A stretch of DNA of 63,842 nt, counting the filler, from Jimgerdemannia flammicorona (taxonomy: Eukaryota), in the NCBI GenBank assembly GCA_003990765.1. It is 3 parts of 3 records of this genome, joined end to end, with 100 filler letters (N's around TTAATTAATTAA, not from the genome) between each part and the next. Parts side by side here need not be neighbours in the genome. Positions count along the whole stretch, not along the records: positions 1 to 21,240 come from RBNJ01001500.1; positions 21,341 to 42,545 come from RBNJ01001503.1; 1 more part is not named here. One strand, written 5' to 3'. The stretch's first letter is position 1. Each line of letters begins with the position of its first letter. The notes under the pieces are model-generated. The model was not told the DNA's origin and did no database searches. It saw nothing but the letters and a program-made list of their open reading frames with translations. Of this stretch, positions 13,589-26,470 are shown in pieces. The translations under genes were made by a program, and so were the position numbers.

Positions 13589-14895
13589 TGAAAGATTAGT
13601 TCAACGTAGGTCAAGGAATGGGAGGAAGGGTAAATAAAGGATGTAGTTTGAAGGTGGCGTGCAAAATCTAAGCCAGACCAAGACCGATCTAACTTCGGGT
13701 CTAGCTTCAAATTATCCGAGAAGCGGGTGAATTGACCATATACATACTTTCGATCGCGGTAAGTTGGAAAGACGAAAAAGCAAAAGGCAAAAGGCAAAAG
13801 GGAGGTAAAACCACTTGGTTTCGGCATTAGGGGCGAGTCAACCTCGTGTAGCCTAGCCCCTTTCATCCGTGTAACAGACGGCGTGTCGCACAAATTTCCC
13901 CCTTTTGTTTAATTTCACCTGCCAAACTGACGTCATCGTTTGCCGTAGTTCAGAGGCAGAGACCTCAAATTGGAATTGTCCGTGGAAGGCATTATACCTG
14001 TTCTATATTTAAGCATTTGTCATTGATACCTAATTGCATTATGATCATTATACTCATTATTATTGCCTTGTTCATATCGACTGTTGACATCGGAAACCAA
14101 ATGCAGCTAATTCTTATTTAAATCGGCAGAGCTATATCGGGCATTCGGCCAAAGCGGGCCACACCCCGGGACGCACCCGCCAAGAGATCGGGCGGCTTTT
14201 ACGGCTGAATGAATCCAGATGGTTGCCTTTTATGAAAATCGCCCATGTCACAACTCCGCATCGGCGTCGAACTTTGGGCTCGCAAGGTAAATCGCGTGAT
14301 GTGCTACGAGCGGACATGTGCCTTTGAATCTATTTAGTTGGAATATACTCTTTGGCTACCCGTCCTTAAAATCCCTTATTTTACTATGTAACACAATTGA
14401 ACAAACCTATTTTATAACAGATATAGGGTTTTGTGTATAGTACATGCGAGGTTTTGACAGATACACGGATGGCGTCCACGTTTCAGGCCCCGCGAACTTG
14501 AGTAGGCGCAGTGGTCTGAAAAGTGGGCTAGCGCGCCTCCGTTGTCGATCCTTTGGACAGTGCGCAGAAATTAGTCATAACTTGTAGGATGAGACTGTCA
14601 GGGGTCTTTACAGACATAATGAGGCAACTCGGGGTTGCCTTGAATGTGACACGATAATTAGCTATTAATTACAAGGTGTGAAATTAGATCATACGAGCAG
14701 CGAAATTTGTCTGGCAACCATTTTATTTTATTTTATTAGGGAGGAATGAGAATAATATGGAATGTTTCCTCTTCGAACAGCACGTATTTGACTCTAGAAA
14801 GTAAAATATTTTCTGAAGCATTCATATATTCATTTATAAATGATCAAATACCTTCCACCGCAAACTAACAACTCTACACATCTGCCCACATAGTA

Positions 14896-14950
14896 TGAGC
14901 TGGGCTTAAACCGTCGTGAGACTACTAATGAAAATTGTGGCAATAGTAAT
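14896..14950 (+). pseudogene. Short degenerate large-subunit (25S/28S) rRNA fragment
   Basis: TGAGCTGGGCTTAAACCGTCGTGAGAC-TACTAATGAAAATTGTGGCAATAGTAAT resembles the conserved LSU stretch TGAGCTGGGTTTAGACCGTCGTGAGAC(AGGTTAGTTTTACCC)TACTGATGA...GCAATAGTAAT (recalled consensus), with ~15 nt missing. Confidence 0.7.
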
Positions 14951-17747
14951 CGAGAGTATTTGCGAAGACGGCATACCGTCACTGGCACAGTCACGCCCGT
15001 GGCGCAAGCACATATCATCCAGACTGTTAGTGGCGTCATCTAACCTACCATCAAGATTGTGGCGTCGTCGGTTCTATTCCCTGCAGGAGGAGATGATCAA
15101 GAGGGTGGTTTCGATGGGCTTGGTGTTGGTAATGGAGTTATCGAGGGCCAGGGAGATGTCGATGCACGCCACGAGATCCTTCGTAGCTGCGCGTCAAAGC
15201 GTATTCGGCGGTTCGGAAGTTAAACCCATTGTCAATCCGCAACCAGAAGCTCATAACTAAACTTTCCTCGCGCATCACCCACGCCGATCTTGCATCCGCC
15301 CCGGGGAATGACTATCCTGACTGTTATGATACAAGAGTTGGATAGCTTTTCTGCTGACCTAACAAATTTCCCACGCCGATATCCTTCCCCCTTTCATTTA
15401 TTTGAGACATGTTTACATCACATGAGCTCAGCCGTTAGCAGTAACCAAAAAGTTTCAATAACAAAGTGTTCCACACTTTAGTCAATGTCACAATTACCGA
15501 ATCTGAAAGATCTCGGGAGACCCGAGTTTCCAAGCCACAAGTTATGGAGTCAATCTAAAAACAAAAGTACAAGAAAGGTAAAGAAATAAATAGGTATGTG
15601 ATAAAAAGGTGGATCATATTGTGGTTAGATTCATTTTGAGGGAATCCAAACTGTTATTTCGCGAGGTAATATGGCTAGCGCCGCAATATGGGGAATGTAA
15701 GGGCCAGATGAAGCATTCCGACCCAAAAACTTTACCGCCGGATTTCCCAGCCACAACCAGCAGCGATAGGAAAATTCATATCAGGCGGGGGCTGACCACT
15801 TCATTTATTTTTATTTATTGGTTATTTATTTATTTTAGGAAAGATGGAGTCGTAATGCTCACTAATCCCTTAATTATATTATTCCTCAGCCACTCTATTA
15901 ATTTGTGAGTGGCACCGTGGCTGTGCCAGGCGCGCGCGGGCTATAACCCACCAATGGGTGCCCCGATCGCCATACTTAGCTCTACCGATAATGGAATAAA
16001 TAAATAAATAAATAAAAATAAAAAATAAAATAAAACAAAAAAAAACTGTGCTTAAGAAAGCGACAATCAGGACAAGAATCTGATATGCTTTGAACTGTAT
16101 GCTCGTAAATGGTCCGATCAATAGTACGATGGATTCAAAAAAAAAAAAAAAAAAAAAAAAGCTCCGGATTGCGGGGATAATTCCATTGTAATGGCGTAAT
16201 GTTGGTCTGCCCGTTGGCGATGCTGGTTCCTGAAAAAATATGTTGTGAATTTTGATATATATATAAAAGGAGGGATTGGGCGAAATACGATTCTAATTGG
16301 CCATTGAAAAGTATAATTAGAGGGGCTGGGGGGGGAGTGTGAATTTGTGGGATATCACGGGCCGTGAGAGAGAGAAAGGCGTGAGGTGCTACAACATTAT
16401 TAAGTGCGGGTGCATGCGTAGCGGTAATGTGTGCTGCTTCAGCGGGTTTCATTTACCTTTTTATGGTTATGCTCAAAGTTCAAACTTTTGCAGAGGCGCC
16501 CGAAAACACCAACTCGGACCCCTATTTCACCGATCAACCCGTTTCAACTGTTCGAGATGAGTTGGTCTCAGAAACCTGTTTCAACTGTCCAAGATGATTT
16601 TGTCCCAAGCACCTGTTTCACACGTGCACCCTTCAAAATGGCCCCTCGCGAATTGCGTGTGCATGCTTCCCATGCTCGTACGGGAATCTTCATTCATCCT
16701 CTCCTCGAGAGATCGCATAACGTTCAACTCTTTGATTTTCGTACTCTTCCATAAGGTTGGAGGCCACAAATCGCTCGATTTCGATGCTGTCCCAAACGAT
16801 CTCCTCCATAGCAAATCCCCTTTTCACTTTCCCGGCGAGCCTAAAACCACCATGTGCTTCTGCTCCCTTCCCATGACGTGAATGATTTCTACCTAGAACG
16901 AGCGCAATGAAAGGGTTTCAACCTGTCCATATCATTAGCTCGTTTGCGAGAATGCCTGGCCTCTTTCATCAAAACGTTTCATGGAAGCATAAATGACCTC
17001 CTCATTTCCCATTCTCCAATACTCTTTTGATATCTTTCCAAATGTCTTCGCATATCTTGTCTCTGATCACCTTACCCAATGTAACCCGCGGCCTTCCTCA
17101 GATTACATGATGGAATCTGATCTTCAATTCGGTTCGCGTCGTTTAAACACGACTAGAGGCAATAAGTCGTATCCAAATTGGAGGGGGTGAGAAATGCCGA
17201 TTGGGAAGTGGTCAATAGTGTCAAACAAACAAGAAGTCAAACCGATACCCTTGTAATCTTTCATATTTATCTGCATGATGGAAATACGTCACGCTTAGAA
17301 TCCACATGTACACCCCGCCTGTTCGATCAGTTTATATTTATCAGGTATCGGCCCTGTTACATTACGCACAAGGTGGTCTTGGTATTGATAAGTGCGCTGG
17401 ATAGGGCCGTACGGGCTTTCACCACGTGAAAGATCGCTGTTTGCTGCAAAAGTTTGTTATTGCTTTGATATGACCCAAATCAAGGATGCCGGAACGACTC
17501 TGCCCGGCAGTACTTGAAGTTTGTACATACATACATGTTTGTCGTGACGAAACTTTTGCAAAAGTATTCGTTGGAGTTCAGAGGGTGGTCATGGCGAGCT
17601 GAGTGGCAGTGATTGGAGGACGAAGTTGACTGTGTACATGTTTACGCTTTGATTATAGAGTCAACAATGAATGACATTGGTTCAACAAGAAGCGGGCTCA
17701 TAAACTCATGGTGACGTCATCAGTGGTAGATGTTGTTCGTATCACCT

Positions 17748-17842
17748 CCTTCTCTTCTCTTCTCTGCTTCTCTACTTCCCTTCTCTTCTCTCCTTCTCTA
17801 CTTCTCTCTCTTCTTCTCTACTTCTCTCTCTTCTCTCTCTTT
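17748..17842 (+). repeat. CT-rich pyrimidine tract upstream of the F-box gene
   Basis: Imperfect (CTTCT)n/(CT)n run ending ~30 nt before the ATG at 17872. Such tracts are common in fungal promoters and 5' UTRs. Confidence 0.8.
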
Positions 17843-17871
17843 AGTCCAACAAACACCCACTACCCAACCCA

Positions 17872-18933
17872 ATGAACTCAAATAAACTCACATCTCCACC
17901 ACGTCGAGCTCCAAATCTTCCCCCCGAGATTCTCCAAGAGATTTTTACACTCGTCATCTACGACCGCACCCCCTTGGACGAGCTAGACCTGTTCGCGTGC
18001 TCGCTCGTTTGCACCTCCTGGCACACCGAGGCCCGCCCGTTGCTGACCCATCACCTTCTCGCGGATTTCCGATGGGGCAGCCGTACCCCTAATGGCGCGA
18101 GCCTGCTCGTGCGCGCTGTCGACCAACTCGCCGAGTCGTTCCGCTCGGGCCTCCACTACGCCCATCACGTCACGGAGCTGACCATCAATGTCAACATCCT
18201 CATCAACCATGGGCAGCGGTACAGGCCAAACTGTACCACAGCCAAGTGCGTGACCATGAAGGCCTACTGTAATCTCATGCGCATGGCACCAAACCTCCGC
18301 AAGCTTAATATTGACCTGTATCATTGCCACAAACTCTCTACGCATGCCGCGCACATCATCTCCCAATTCCTCACCAGAAACATCTACCCACTCTGTAGTG
18401 GAATCACAGCTTTAACCCTGAGCAACGTCAACCAAGTTCCGCACACAAAATTTCTCGATGACTTTCTTAGCTGCCTCTCCAGCTCTCCAAACCTTACCCA
18501 CCTCGAAACGCACTCCCTCCATCTCAACCGCTCGCTCCAAGGCGCTCTCCGCATGTGCACCAGCACCCAAACCGTCCAAATTGCAGCCAACACGCTCCTA
18601 GAATTAGCCACCGTCATCCCCTCCTGGCCTCGCCTGCGAACTCTGCGCGTCACGTACATATCCGAGGGCGTTAGCGCGCTTCTCTTGGCCCTCGCGGCCT
18701 TTTGCCCAAACCTCGAGGAACTCCGCCTTTCGTCAGGTCGAGGCGACGACCTATCCGTACACGCTGTGCAAAGCCTGCTGCAGACGTGCCAGAGGCTCCG
18801 CGTTCTCGTCTTGCTTGGCATGCGCGTCGACCAAGATCCTGTGCATGCCATGGCCATGGCACACCCGACCGTTGAGCGGTTGGAGTTAGGAAAGAGGACG
18901 TACTTTGTAGGCTCGAGCTCATTGGCGGGTTGA
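17872..18933 (+). CDS. F-box / leucine-rich-repeat (RNI-like) protein, intronless, 353 aa
   Basis: N-terminal LPPEILQEIF...DLFACSLVCTSWH F-box signature. Repeated PNLRKLNI, PNLTHLE, PRLRTLRV, CPNLEELRL and CQRLRVLVL LRR-like units. Confidence 0.88.
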   Translation: MNSNKLTSPPRRAPNLPPEILQEIFTLVIYDRTPLDELDLFACSLVCTSWHTEARPLLTHHLLADFRWGSRTPNGASLLVRAVDQLAESFRSGLHYAHHVTELTINVNILINHGQRYRPNCTTAKCVTMKAYCNLMRMAPNLRKLNIDLYHCHKLSTHAAHIISQFLTRNIYPLCSGITALTLSNVNQVPHTKFLDDFLSCLSSSPNLTHLETHSLHLNRSLQGALRMCTSTQTVQIAANTLLELATVIPSWPRLRTLRVTYISEGVSALLLALAAFCPNLEELRLSSGRGDDLSVHAVQSLLQTCQRLRVLVLLGMRVDQDPVHAMAMAHPTVERLELGKRTYFVGSSSLAG

Positions 18934-19583
18934 GGGGGCTGTGAGACTCTACAGCGTGGAACGAACGAGTGGATCATTGTGATGTTTCATTTCTTGACCT
19001 AGTCACTACGTTCTATTTTAAATAGAAAGCGATTTTCATTTATAGTTAGAAACACAACATGACGCAGTTATGGTACAGGAGTTTCAAACATGGAGAACGA
19101 TGTTTGGGCGTATTGCGGAGACGCGGTTGAAGTAAATACGTTGGGAGGCCGTGAGATAAACCAACGCCATATTCATAGTCAACTCGATTTTGCGCGGCAT
19201 AAAGCAACCCCCCACGCCATCAAGACAACACCGGACCCGAAAAGGAGCTTCTACACGACCAAGTATATAGTTACTAGACGAATATACGAGGCGTTCGATT
19301 GTGGAGTTGACTTTGGTGGTAGTCACTGCCGTGACGTCATCTGTTAGCGTTTAATCCCCTTTTATTCTTATATCTTGTTTTGAATGCATATGCTCCATGA
19401 AAATTGCTATTAAAGCTTGTCCAGCAGTGAATTGTCACTGCTTTTGGTGGCGGTAATAATGAGAAGCAAATAACAATTCCAAGCCAGGAAGGTAATTATA
19501 TAATTATATCTGGAGGGACTGCGCCAGCTTCTGGACGGTCACGTGAGCTACATCTATAAAGGCACAAGCCACCTGTCGTAGTT

Positions 19584-20897
19584 AACTGTCCATCTTTTCC
19601 GCAACCTTCGCCAGACCTCAATCCAGATGTCCTCTACGAGATCTTCCATTTACTGATCCCCCAACCCAAAGTGTTTCCAATCGACCTCTTTGCCGTCTCC
19701 TTCGTCTCCCGCTCCTCACATGCCTCCTCCTGAACGACTGGAACCTCCAACGCCTGTTCCTCCCCCTTGACTTTCTCGAGTTTGTTCGTCTTCAAGATCT
19801 TCTTGAAGAGTCACGCCTTCTGGGATTAAACGATGGGGAACTCGTCCGGGAGATCCACATCGACTTGGAGGCAGCCCTCGTTCTCGAGGTCCTACCTAGC
19901 CCGTCAACTTATGATAGCTTTGATGGGGTATGGCGTCGAGGTCGCTAAAATGTTGATGATATACCATCGAGGTCGCTAAAGTATTGACGTTGATCATGTC
20001 GATGGCTCCCAACTTCAGGACCCTTTCACTCAGCTTCCCCAACGCCAAATGCGTGATGGAAGACTTCGCCGACTTCTACTCCCGCATCGCACCGCTGTGC
20101 GTGGGAATAAAACAGCTTTCGGTCGAAAACCGCTTATCGTACGTCGAGTACCACATACATCTCCTCCTTCTGCACATACCAAAGCTGGTCGACATCCAAT
20201 TCACCAACGACACAACTAGCTGCTGTCGCGACCGCCCTGAAGCAGCACACACGCATCGAGCGCGCCCGCTTCATCAGCTGCAGGAGCCACACCCTCCACC
20301 AGTTCGTGGTCGCCTGGCCCTCCCTCCGCGAATTCATCATCCGCTCGAGCTGGGTCAACCCCCCCTTGGAGCTCTTCGAGGCTATCTCAAACACCTGCCC
20401 CCATCTCCAGCTTCTCATCTTCGCCTTTTGCAACCACGATGGTGGCTTGAACGCTTTTCTAACCACATCGCGACTATCCTCGCCCGATGCCCCGAGCTTG
20501 AGTACCTTGACCTCGAGTCAAGCTTGGACATGATCGATCACACCGTGAAGGCGGCAATGCGGCTGGGACGCCGGCTGAAGTACGTGGATTTCAGCCACTG
20601 TCCCACCATCGGGACCAGCCGTGGGCGTCCGTCGAGGACTCGTGGCCCCAACTTGAGCGCCTCGAGTTCAACGAGTGCTACAGGCTTCCACGCGAGCTCG
20701 TGGAGAAGGTGGTGCCGGCGCGCCCTATGCTCGGCGCCGTCACCCTGCCTGGCAATTCAAACTACGATGACGGGATCAAGGTACTGCTTGAGACTCATGA
20801 CTTTGTGTTGGAGGACGGGGTTTGGGAGAGGGTAGTCAATGACCCATGGCAAGATTGCGATGCGGGAGAGAGTGAGAAGGGGACAGTCGCGCTGTGA
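19584..20897 (+). pseudogene. Frameshifted F-box/LRR paralogue
   Basis: LNPDVLYEIFHLL...DLFAVSFVSRS then a TGA (~19731), with no nearby ATG. LRR-like segments (MAPNFRTLSL, WPSLREF, CPHLQLL, CPELEYLDL, LKYVDFSHC) are spread over different frames (ORFs 19984-20835, 20306-20533, 20700-20897). Confidence 0.75.
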
Positions 20898-21240
20898 TGA
20901 TACTTGTCCGATTTATCGTAGATCAGCATGAGAGTTCAATTCCTCACTCCATCCCCGCAAGGTTTTGGAGTACTAACCCAGCACCTCAAATATTGAATTT
21001 TTCATAAAGCACGCGCTGAATAATAATAATTTTTTCTTCTTCGTTCACTGTACTCGAAAAGACAGAATTACAAAAAGAGTCATGAGAGAGAGAAATAAAT
21101 GAGAGGAAATAAAAATAAATATGCAAAAACAAATACAAGCAGGCTAAATAAAATAAAATAAATAAAAAAAATGCGAGGTGGGTATTATGTGTGTGGGTAT
21201 TTGGTAGCATTTGTCAAACCAGACAACAATTCCAAGGGGG

Positions 21241-21340
21241 NNNNNNNNNNNNNNNNNNNNNNNNNNNNNNNNNNNNNNNNNNNNTTAATTAATTAANNNN
21301 NNNNNNNNNNNNNNNNNNNNNNNNNNNNNNNNNNNNNNNN
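21241..21340. other. Assembly gap with artificial TTAATTAATTAA linker
   Basis: 100-nt N-run with a central six-frame-stop 12-mer, the same construct as 42546-42645. Confidence 0.95.
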
Positions 21341-22157
21341 GGTTGCGGAACAAACGTGGTTTAAATCCTTGTTGCTGCATGGAAACTCGGGTGGTCATAT
21401 TTTGGAGGGTGTGTGCGTGTTTGGGAAGACAACAGGGAAATGTGGAGAACAACGGATCGTATCAGATTTTCTCCTTTTCTTGGTAGATACGCTGGATCCG
21501 CCATTTTGTCATATCTATACGATCTTGCACATCATGTTCGTGAAGATGACGGTTATGATTTTATTTTGATTCGCTCTAATCAACTCTGCCGTCATGTTGT
21601 AATCATTAACTCTCCAGTCCGTGCAGAAGATTGTCAAATTCATCGAGGCCGAGAACAAACGAGTGTATAATCAAGAGGGGTTGCAAATATCAAATCCAGT
21701 CAAGGCTGCATGGCTGTTTGTAAGTTCTCTATTCTCTTGCTTTTTTTCCTCCTCGTTATTTTTGCCCCTGCAATGGGGGTCTTTTGGTTGAAGCACAAGC
21801 CGCACGAATAGTGTGGTTGAAGCGAGACGCATAGGGCCTTTTGGGTTATTTATCGTGTGATGGTTGAGTTTACTGATTCGGTATTTTCTACGCACAAATT
21901 AGCTCGAGTTCGAAATGGTGTAGACGGCCGGTTCCTGGACTCGCTCGGGTGGGGGACGGATTTTGAGATTAATACGTAAATAGTTCCTCACAGCGCGCAT
22001 TCATTCCATGCATGAAGACATTTCCAACACGCATCTGTTTCTGTGTTTCAATTAATTTAACCACACTGACGTGACTGCCCATGTGTGGTGTGACATCTAT
22101 GTCACGGTCATTAAATATACACGTCGAAGCCACAAGTCCCTCATCGCGCCGTGATCC

Positions 22158-24455
22158 ATGGCTGAACAACTCCTGCCGCGTACCTTCTACAGAATCAACA
22201 ACAATGGCACAATCTACTACATCCAGGCCACCTGGCACATCACCCACATTCTAATAGACCACTCCGATTCCTCAGAGCCTGTCTGCAGCTTGGTCTTGAC
22301 CGACTGCACATCATTCTGGGAGAAAACAGGTGCGCGAAATACTATCTCGCCCCTATTGGAAATTGATATTGGTGCCCATATGTGACCAACGTGTACCACT
22401 TCCAAAAAGTTACCCTGGGCGACTTCAAGCAGATGCAGGTCTCAGGTGTTGACAGCGCGACCTATGCACGCCTAATCCGCGCAGCCTTGTCAGGTGCCGA
22501 AGAATACGAGCAACACCAGTTTCTACGCGAGATTGTTATCCTCGCTGGTGAGGCCGAGGTAATTACCGAGTTATAATCTCTCCAGCTACGCGTTCTGCCA
22601 GATTCGAATATCTCATCGATTCATTTCTTCAGGTCATCTGGCGGACGACGTTGCAGGGTCTGAAGGTAATGCCTCCAAGCGCCTAAAAATTACTAGTCAT
22701 TTTTATTTTATTTTATTTTTTTTATTTTTTTGTTGTTGCTGTTACATGGACTGGTAGGAGTACACGTGGCTTGTATTTGCTAACTCTCCTGTTCTTGCAC
22801 ACTCCGCAGTTCAAGCTCGCCACCCTTCGGCTGCACGTTGTCGAACCCGACGGCACGCCCCAAAGGTGGCGCGAATGGCTTGATTATTTGTTGACCGAGC
22901 GCGTCGAGTCCCAGGTAAAGACCATTCTTTCACGACGCGCCCTCGATGAAATGTTGGCGTCCTGACGTCCACTCTTGTTACCTCCCAGGAAGGCGCGCAA
23001 GCGCTGAGGTACCGCGTGGAGGACCTGACGTCGGTGAACACTGAATTGAAGAAGCAGCTGGAGACGCTCGAAATCACCAAGCTCGATGCCGAGAACGCGC
23101 TGATGACCAAGGTATGCCTACATACTTTTCCGTGAAAATGCTGCACATCGATTGACGACGTTTCTCCCGCCCTCTTCATGTAAGTGCATTGCTAAATTTA
23201 ATTCCGACGCACACCAGTTTAAGGACCTGCTAAACGCGAAGAAACGCAAGATCAAACTCTTGATGAAGGCGCTCGAGGCCGCTGGTATGTCGCTTTTCGA
23301 CTTCCATCGAGGATTTATCTTGACCTTGGTTTCGAACCCACTATTTAGGAATATTATTTTAACCTTGTTACATCTTTGTATTAGGCGCATCAAACGAACC
23401 TCCGGCGGAGGCGTCGGAAGTGGTTGCAGAAGAAAATTTGGAGTTAGTCGAGATTGAAGAAACGGCGAAAAAGGGGTCTGTTGTCATGATTTCGATTTGT
23501 TCAGTGATTCCTTTATGCTCCTCCGGCTCACATTCGTTTACCACTTCAAACAGCCGCAAACCCGCAAAGCGAAAGCGCGGTGTGAGCGAGGTCGCCGCAT
23601 CTCAAGACGCGTCACAGCCCTTTCTACCTTCACAACCGATCGACCTGTCGACGACGACGGCTGACCACGCGACAACGGTCATCACCGCCCCCACCACTAG
23701 CAAGGCCGACAAGCTGATGGCGCGTGCGAACGCTGCCGCGACCTCGTCCAAAAAGCCCAAGCTCGAGTCCGCGAGGGAACGCTCGCCAACGGCCAACCGG
23801 CCCGCCACAGAGGATGAGGAGATGGGCCCACCGGCGATGGATCTTGGGCTGGAGAAGGGCAAGGGCAAGGAAAAGGAGAAGACATCTGCGCGGAGCCAAG
23901 TAGCTGCTTTCGTAGACGAGGAGCCGCCGTCGTTGTTGGGGGAGGCATTTCAGTCCGCGCGGGCCCCGGTGATCAAGTCGAGGGGGTGAGTAGGCGTATT
24001 TTGCTGATAGGTTTTGTTGATGCCCGCTCGGGGCTCATACGATGATAGGTGCGAACCTGCTAACATCGCGCGCTGTTTCCGCATCTCACCCAGTCGCGGC
24101 AGGAGAACCACGGTCACAGTTGAAGAGGAGGTGGCGCCCTCCGGACGCGCCGCGACCGCCCCTGCTGCGACTGCTACAGGAACCGGGCCCGCACTCGCCG
24201 CGATGAAGTCAAAACAGAAGCCTCCGTCGGGTGGCACGATCCCAACGTGAGGTTTCAACTTATTTTGATTTTGTCCTTCGCATCATAAGGGTTTCGGCCG
24301 TGTGTGACTCTTCTTGCCTGAAATCGTCTGCTTTGGTGTCTTACTGATGTTCATGTTTTTCATCCCCATCGTACAGTCCCCGCCGCACGCGGTCGTCGGT
24401 ATCGATGGCCAGTAGCGGGAATGACTCGCCCAATTCGTTGCTGCGAAAGCTTTGA
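22158..24455 (+). CDS. XRCC4: XRCC4-like non-homologous end-joining protein (about 10 exons)
   Basis: GT-AG exons approx. 22158-22329, 22410-22558, 22633-22665, 22810-22914, 22989-23111, 23218-23284, 23385-~23474, 23554-~23985, 24094-~24246, 24377-24455. Head domain with LVLTDCTSFW, then a coiled coil ending ENALMTKFKDLLNAKKRKIKLL (matches the XRCC4 ligase-IV-binding motif F..vLNeKK.KIr.L), then a low-complexity tail. Confidence 0.8.
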
Positions 24456-25556
24456 CTGGCCAAACACTGATTGACCTCGTTGGCGCGGATCACTTTGAAA
24501 TACCCTGGCCACGTTCATTCCGTGATGTTATTTGCAGTACTCGTGATAGTAAAATACCGTCCTTTCAAGGTGCTCGTGAATATAGTCGGAACATTATGGT
24601 TTGAAGGATAGGTTAGGGAGAAGGCGACGGAAGACGCGTTTCAAGCTGCTAGCGCCATTCTGGAATACAAAAAGTGTTAAAACCATCGTGTAATGTTACC
24701 AAATTATGCAACATAACTTGCAGTCATATTCAAACAGGGCAAGAGATGGCAACAGGTTCCGTTGACAGTAACTCCAAACATAATATATACATATTTTACA
24801 TAAATCTGAAACCAAATAAAATGTACCAAATCTTGTTGGGAACCACTCTTATCTTAAAGCTTCACGCATTCACCCATTGTCGCGCAACTTTTCGTCATCA
24901 TTATCCGTATTGTTCTCGTCGAAAACGAAATCTAACACGTCATTCAAGATGGACACTCGTTTGCTAATTGCTCGGCCAGTCTACAATGCTGGATGGGTTC
25001 GTGAACATCGACTCGATTGCTCGCCGCGATATTCACTGCCACAGTGATGGTACATGCCATCAATCGTCGCTTGAACAGGATTGCAAGACCCAAGAGACAC
25101 GTGCACAAAACATACTTCGTTTCTCATGGCCTACCCATCTTTCCTGACCACAATGACATTAATGATGGATGAGTATCGAGACAAAACGGACGTCTGGTGC
25201 TAAAAAAATTGGTTGCAGCTCGTACACCTCCATCGCTCACCTATACTGTCCATCTACAATGTCCAACATAATATTGAAGATAAAAAAATGATTCAGATAA
25301 TATTTGGATAATATTTAGAGCAATTGGAAGTGAAAAATATCTGAAGACCACCAAAAATCCAGACACATGCATGCATAAATTGTATTTATATACAAGCTGT
25401 TTCAACATTCAGTCACCAGCTTACCAGCAATAGAAAAAATACATTCAGATAGAACAGATGTTATCAAAATAGTAAGATAATTGTGAGCCATTCATGAAAA
25501 ATTAGGATATATCAACTGATTTTGCTACCACTAATCTAGTATATCAATATGAGAAT

Positions 25557-26434
25557 CATCTTTCACCAGTAACATTCAGGTGATACAAGACTCAGACAAC
25601 ACTTTCTGCAATGTTTTTGGTAAAAGAAGACTAGCAACATAGACAGCAATAAGTGTACTAGTGAGTGTGTCAGCCAGGGGGACAGTAGTGTCTTCAATTG
25701 ACAGCATATTGGGAGGAGGCAAGAGGATGGTTTGGGAATATCAGAGTCTTCTATGGCTGGCCATGGTATTAGTAGTGGAGAGAGGGGTAGTCTGAGGCAA
25801 CAAGGAGAGGGGAGGACAACCTTTGCTGACAAGGTCAAGAGAGAGAATGGTATCTAGTCTAGATAGTTGATTGGGACTAAAGAAGACATTGATAGCTTTA
25901 GCTGAGGGACAGAGAGGGGCCCCCATGAGAGGGTCAGATAGTAGGAGGAGAGAAGAAGTAGGGGCTGGATATGTGACTGCTGATGGAGCTGTGACTAGGA
26001 ATCTGGCAAAAAATCCAGATGTGACAGTTGTTGGTAGATCAGGATAGAGAGATGACATGAGGCCTAGGAACCTGGCTGATGGTATGATAGGCATAGTATT
26101 AGTACCATTACTTAAAAAGTTGAGATTGGAATTTACTATCACATTGTGCTTCTGAGGCTTAGTGGTAACTACCAGGATAATTTTGGAGCTAGTAGTACAG
26201 GAGATGAAAGAGATAGCTTCAGTAAAATTTTTAAAAGAGAAAGAAGAGGTCAAAGTTGGATTTGAGGAAGAGAAGTCATTGCTGGTAACTATAGAGAAAG
26301 GAGTAGTGGTAGATAGTATAGTGGTTCCTATGGTCAGATACATATACTGGGACCCCTGAGTGGTATAGCTGATAGTATTAGACTTATCTATAGTATCAAG
26401 AGAGAAGACCTTTGTTAAAAAAAAAAAAAACACA

Positions 26435-26470
<36 letters not shown>

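Noticed and set aside
14916..15260. 114-aa ORF and a possible minus-strand exon
   Set aside because: No recognisable motif or consistent splice model. It could be a pseudo-exon but I cannot support that.
15800..16160. Apparent inverted repeat of TTTAT/ATAAA tracts and an A run
   Set aside because: Low-complexity intergenic sequence with no TSD or defined termini.
21241..21340. TTAATTAATTAA palindrome inside N-runs (also 42546-42645)
   Set aside because: The same construct appears in both gaps, so it is an artificial six-frame-stop contig linker. Adjacency across the gaps is not guaranteed.
21341..21960. Short ORFs between the gap and the XRCC4-like gene
   Set aside because: No domain signal in any frame. 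A divergent gene running into the gap cannot be excluded.
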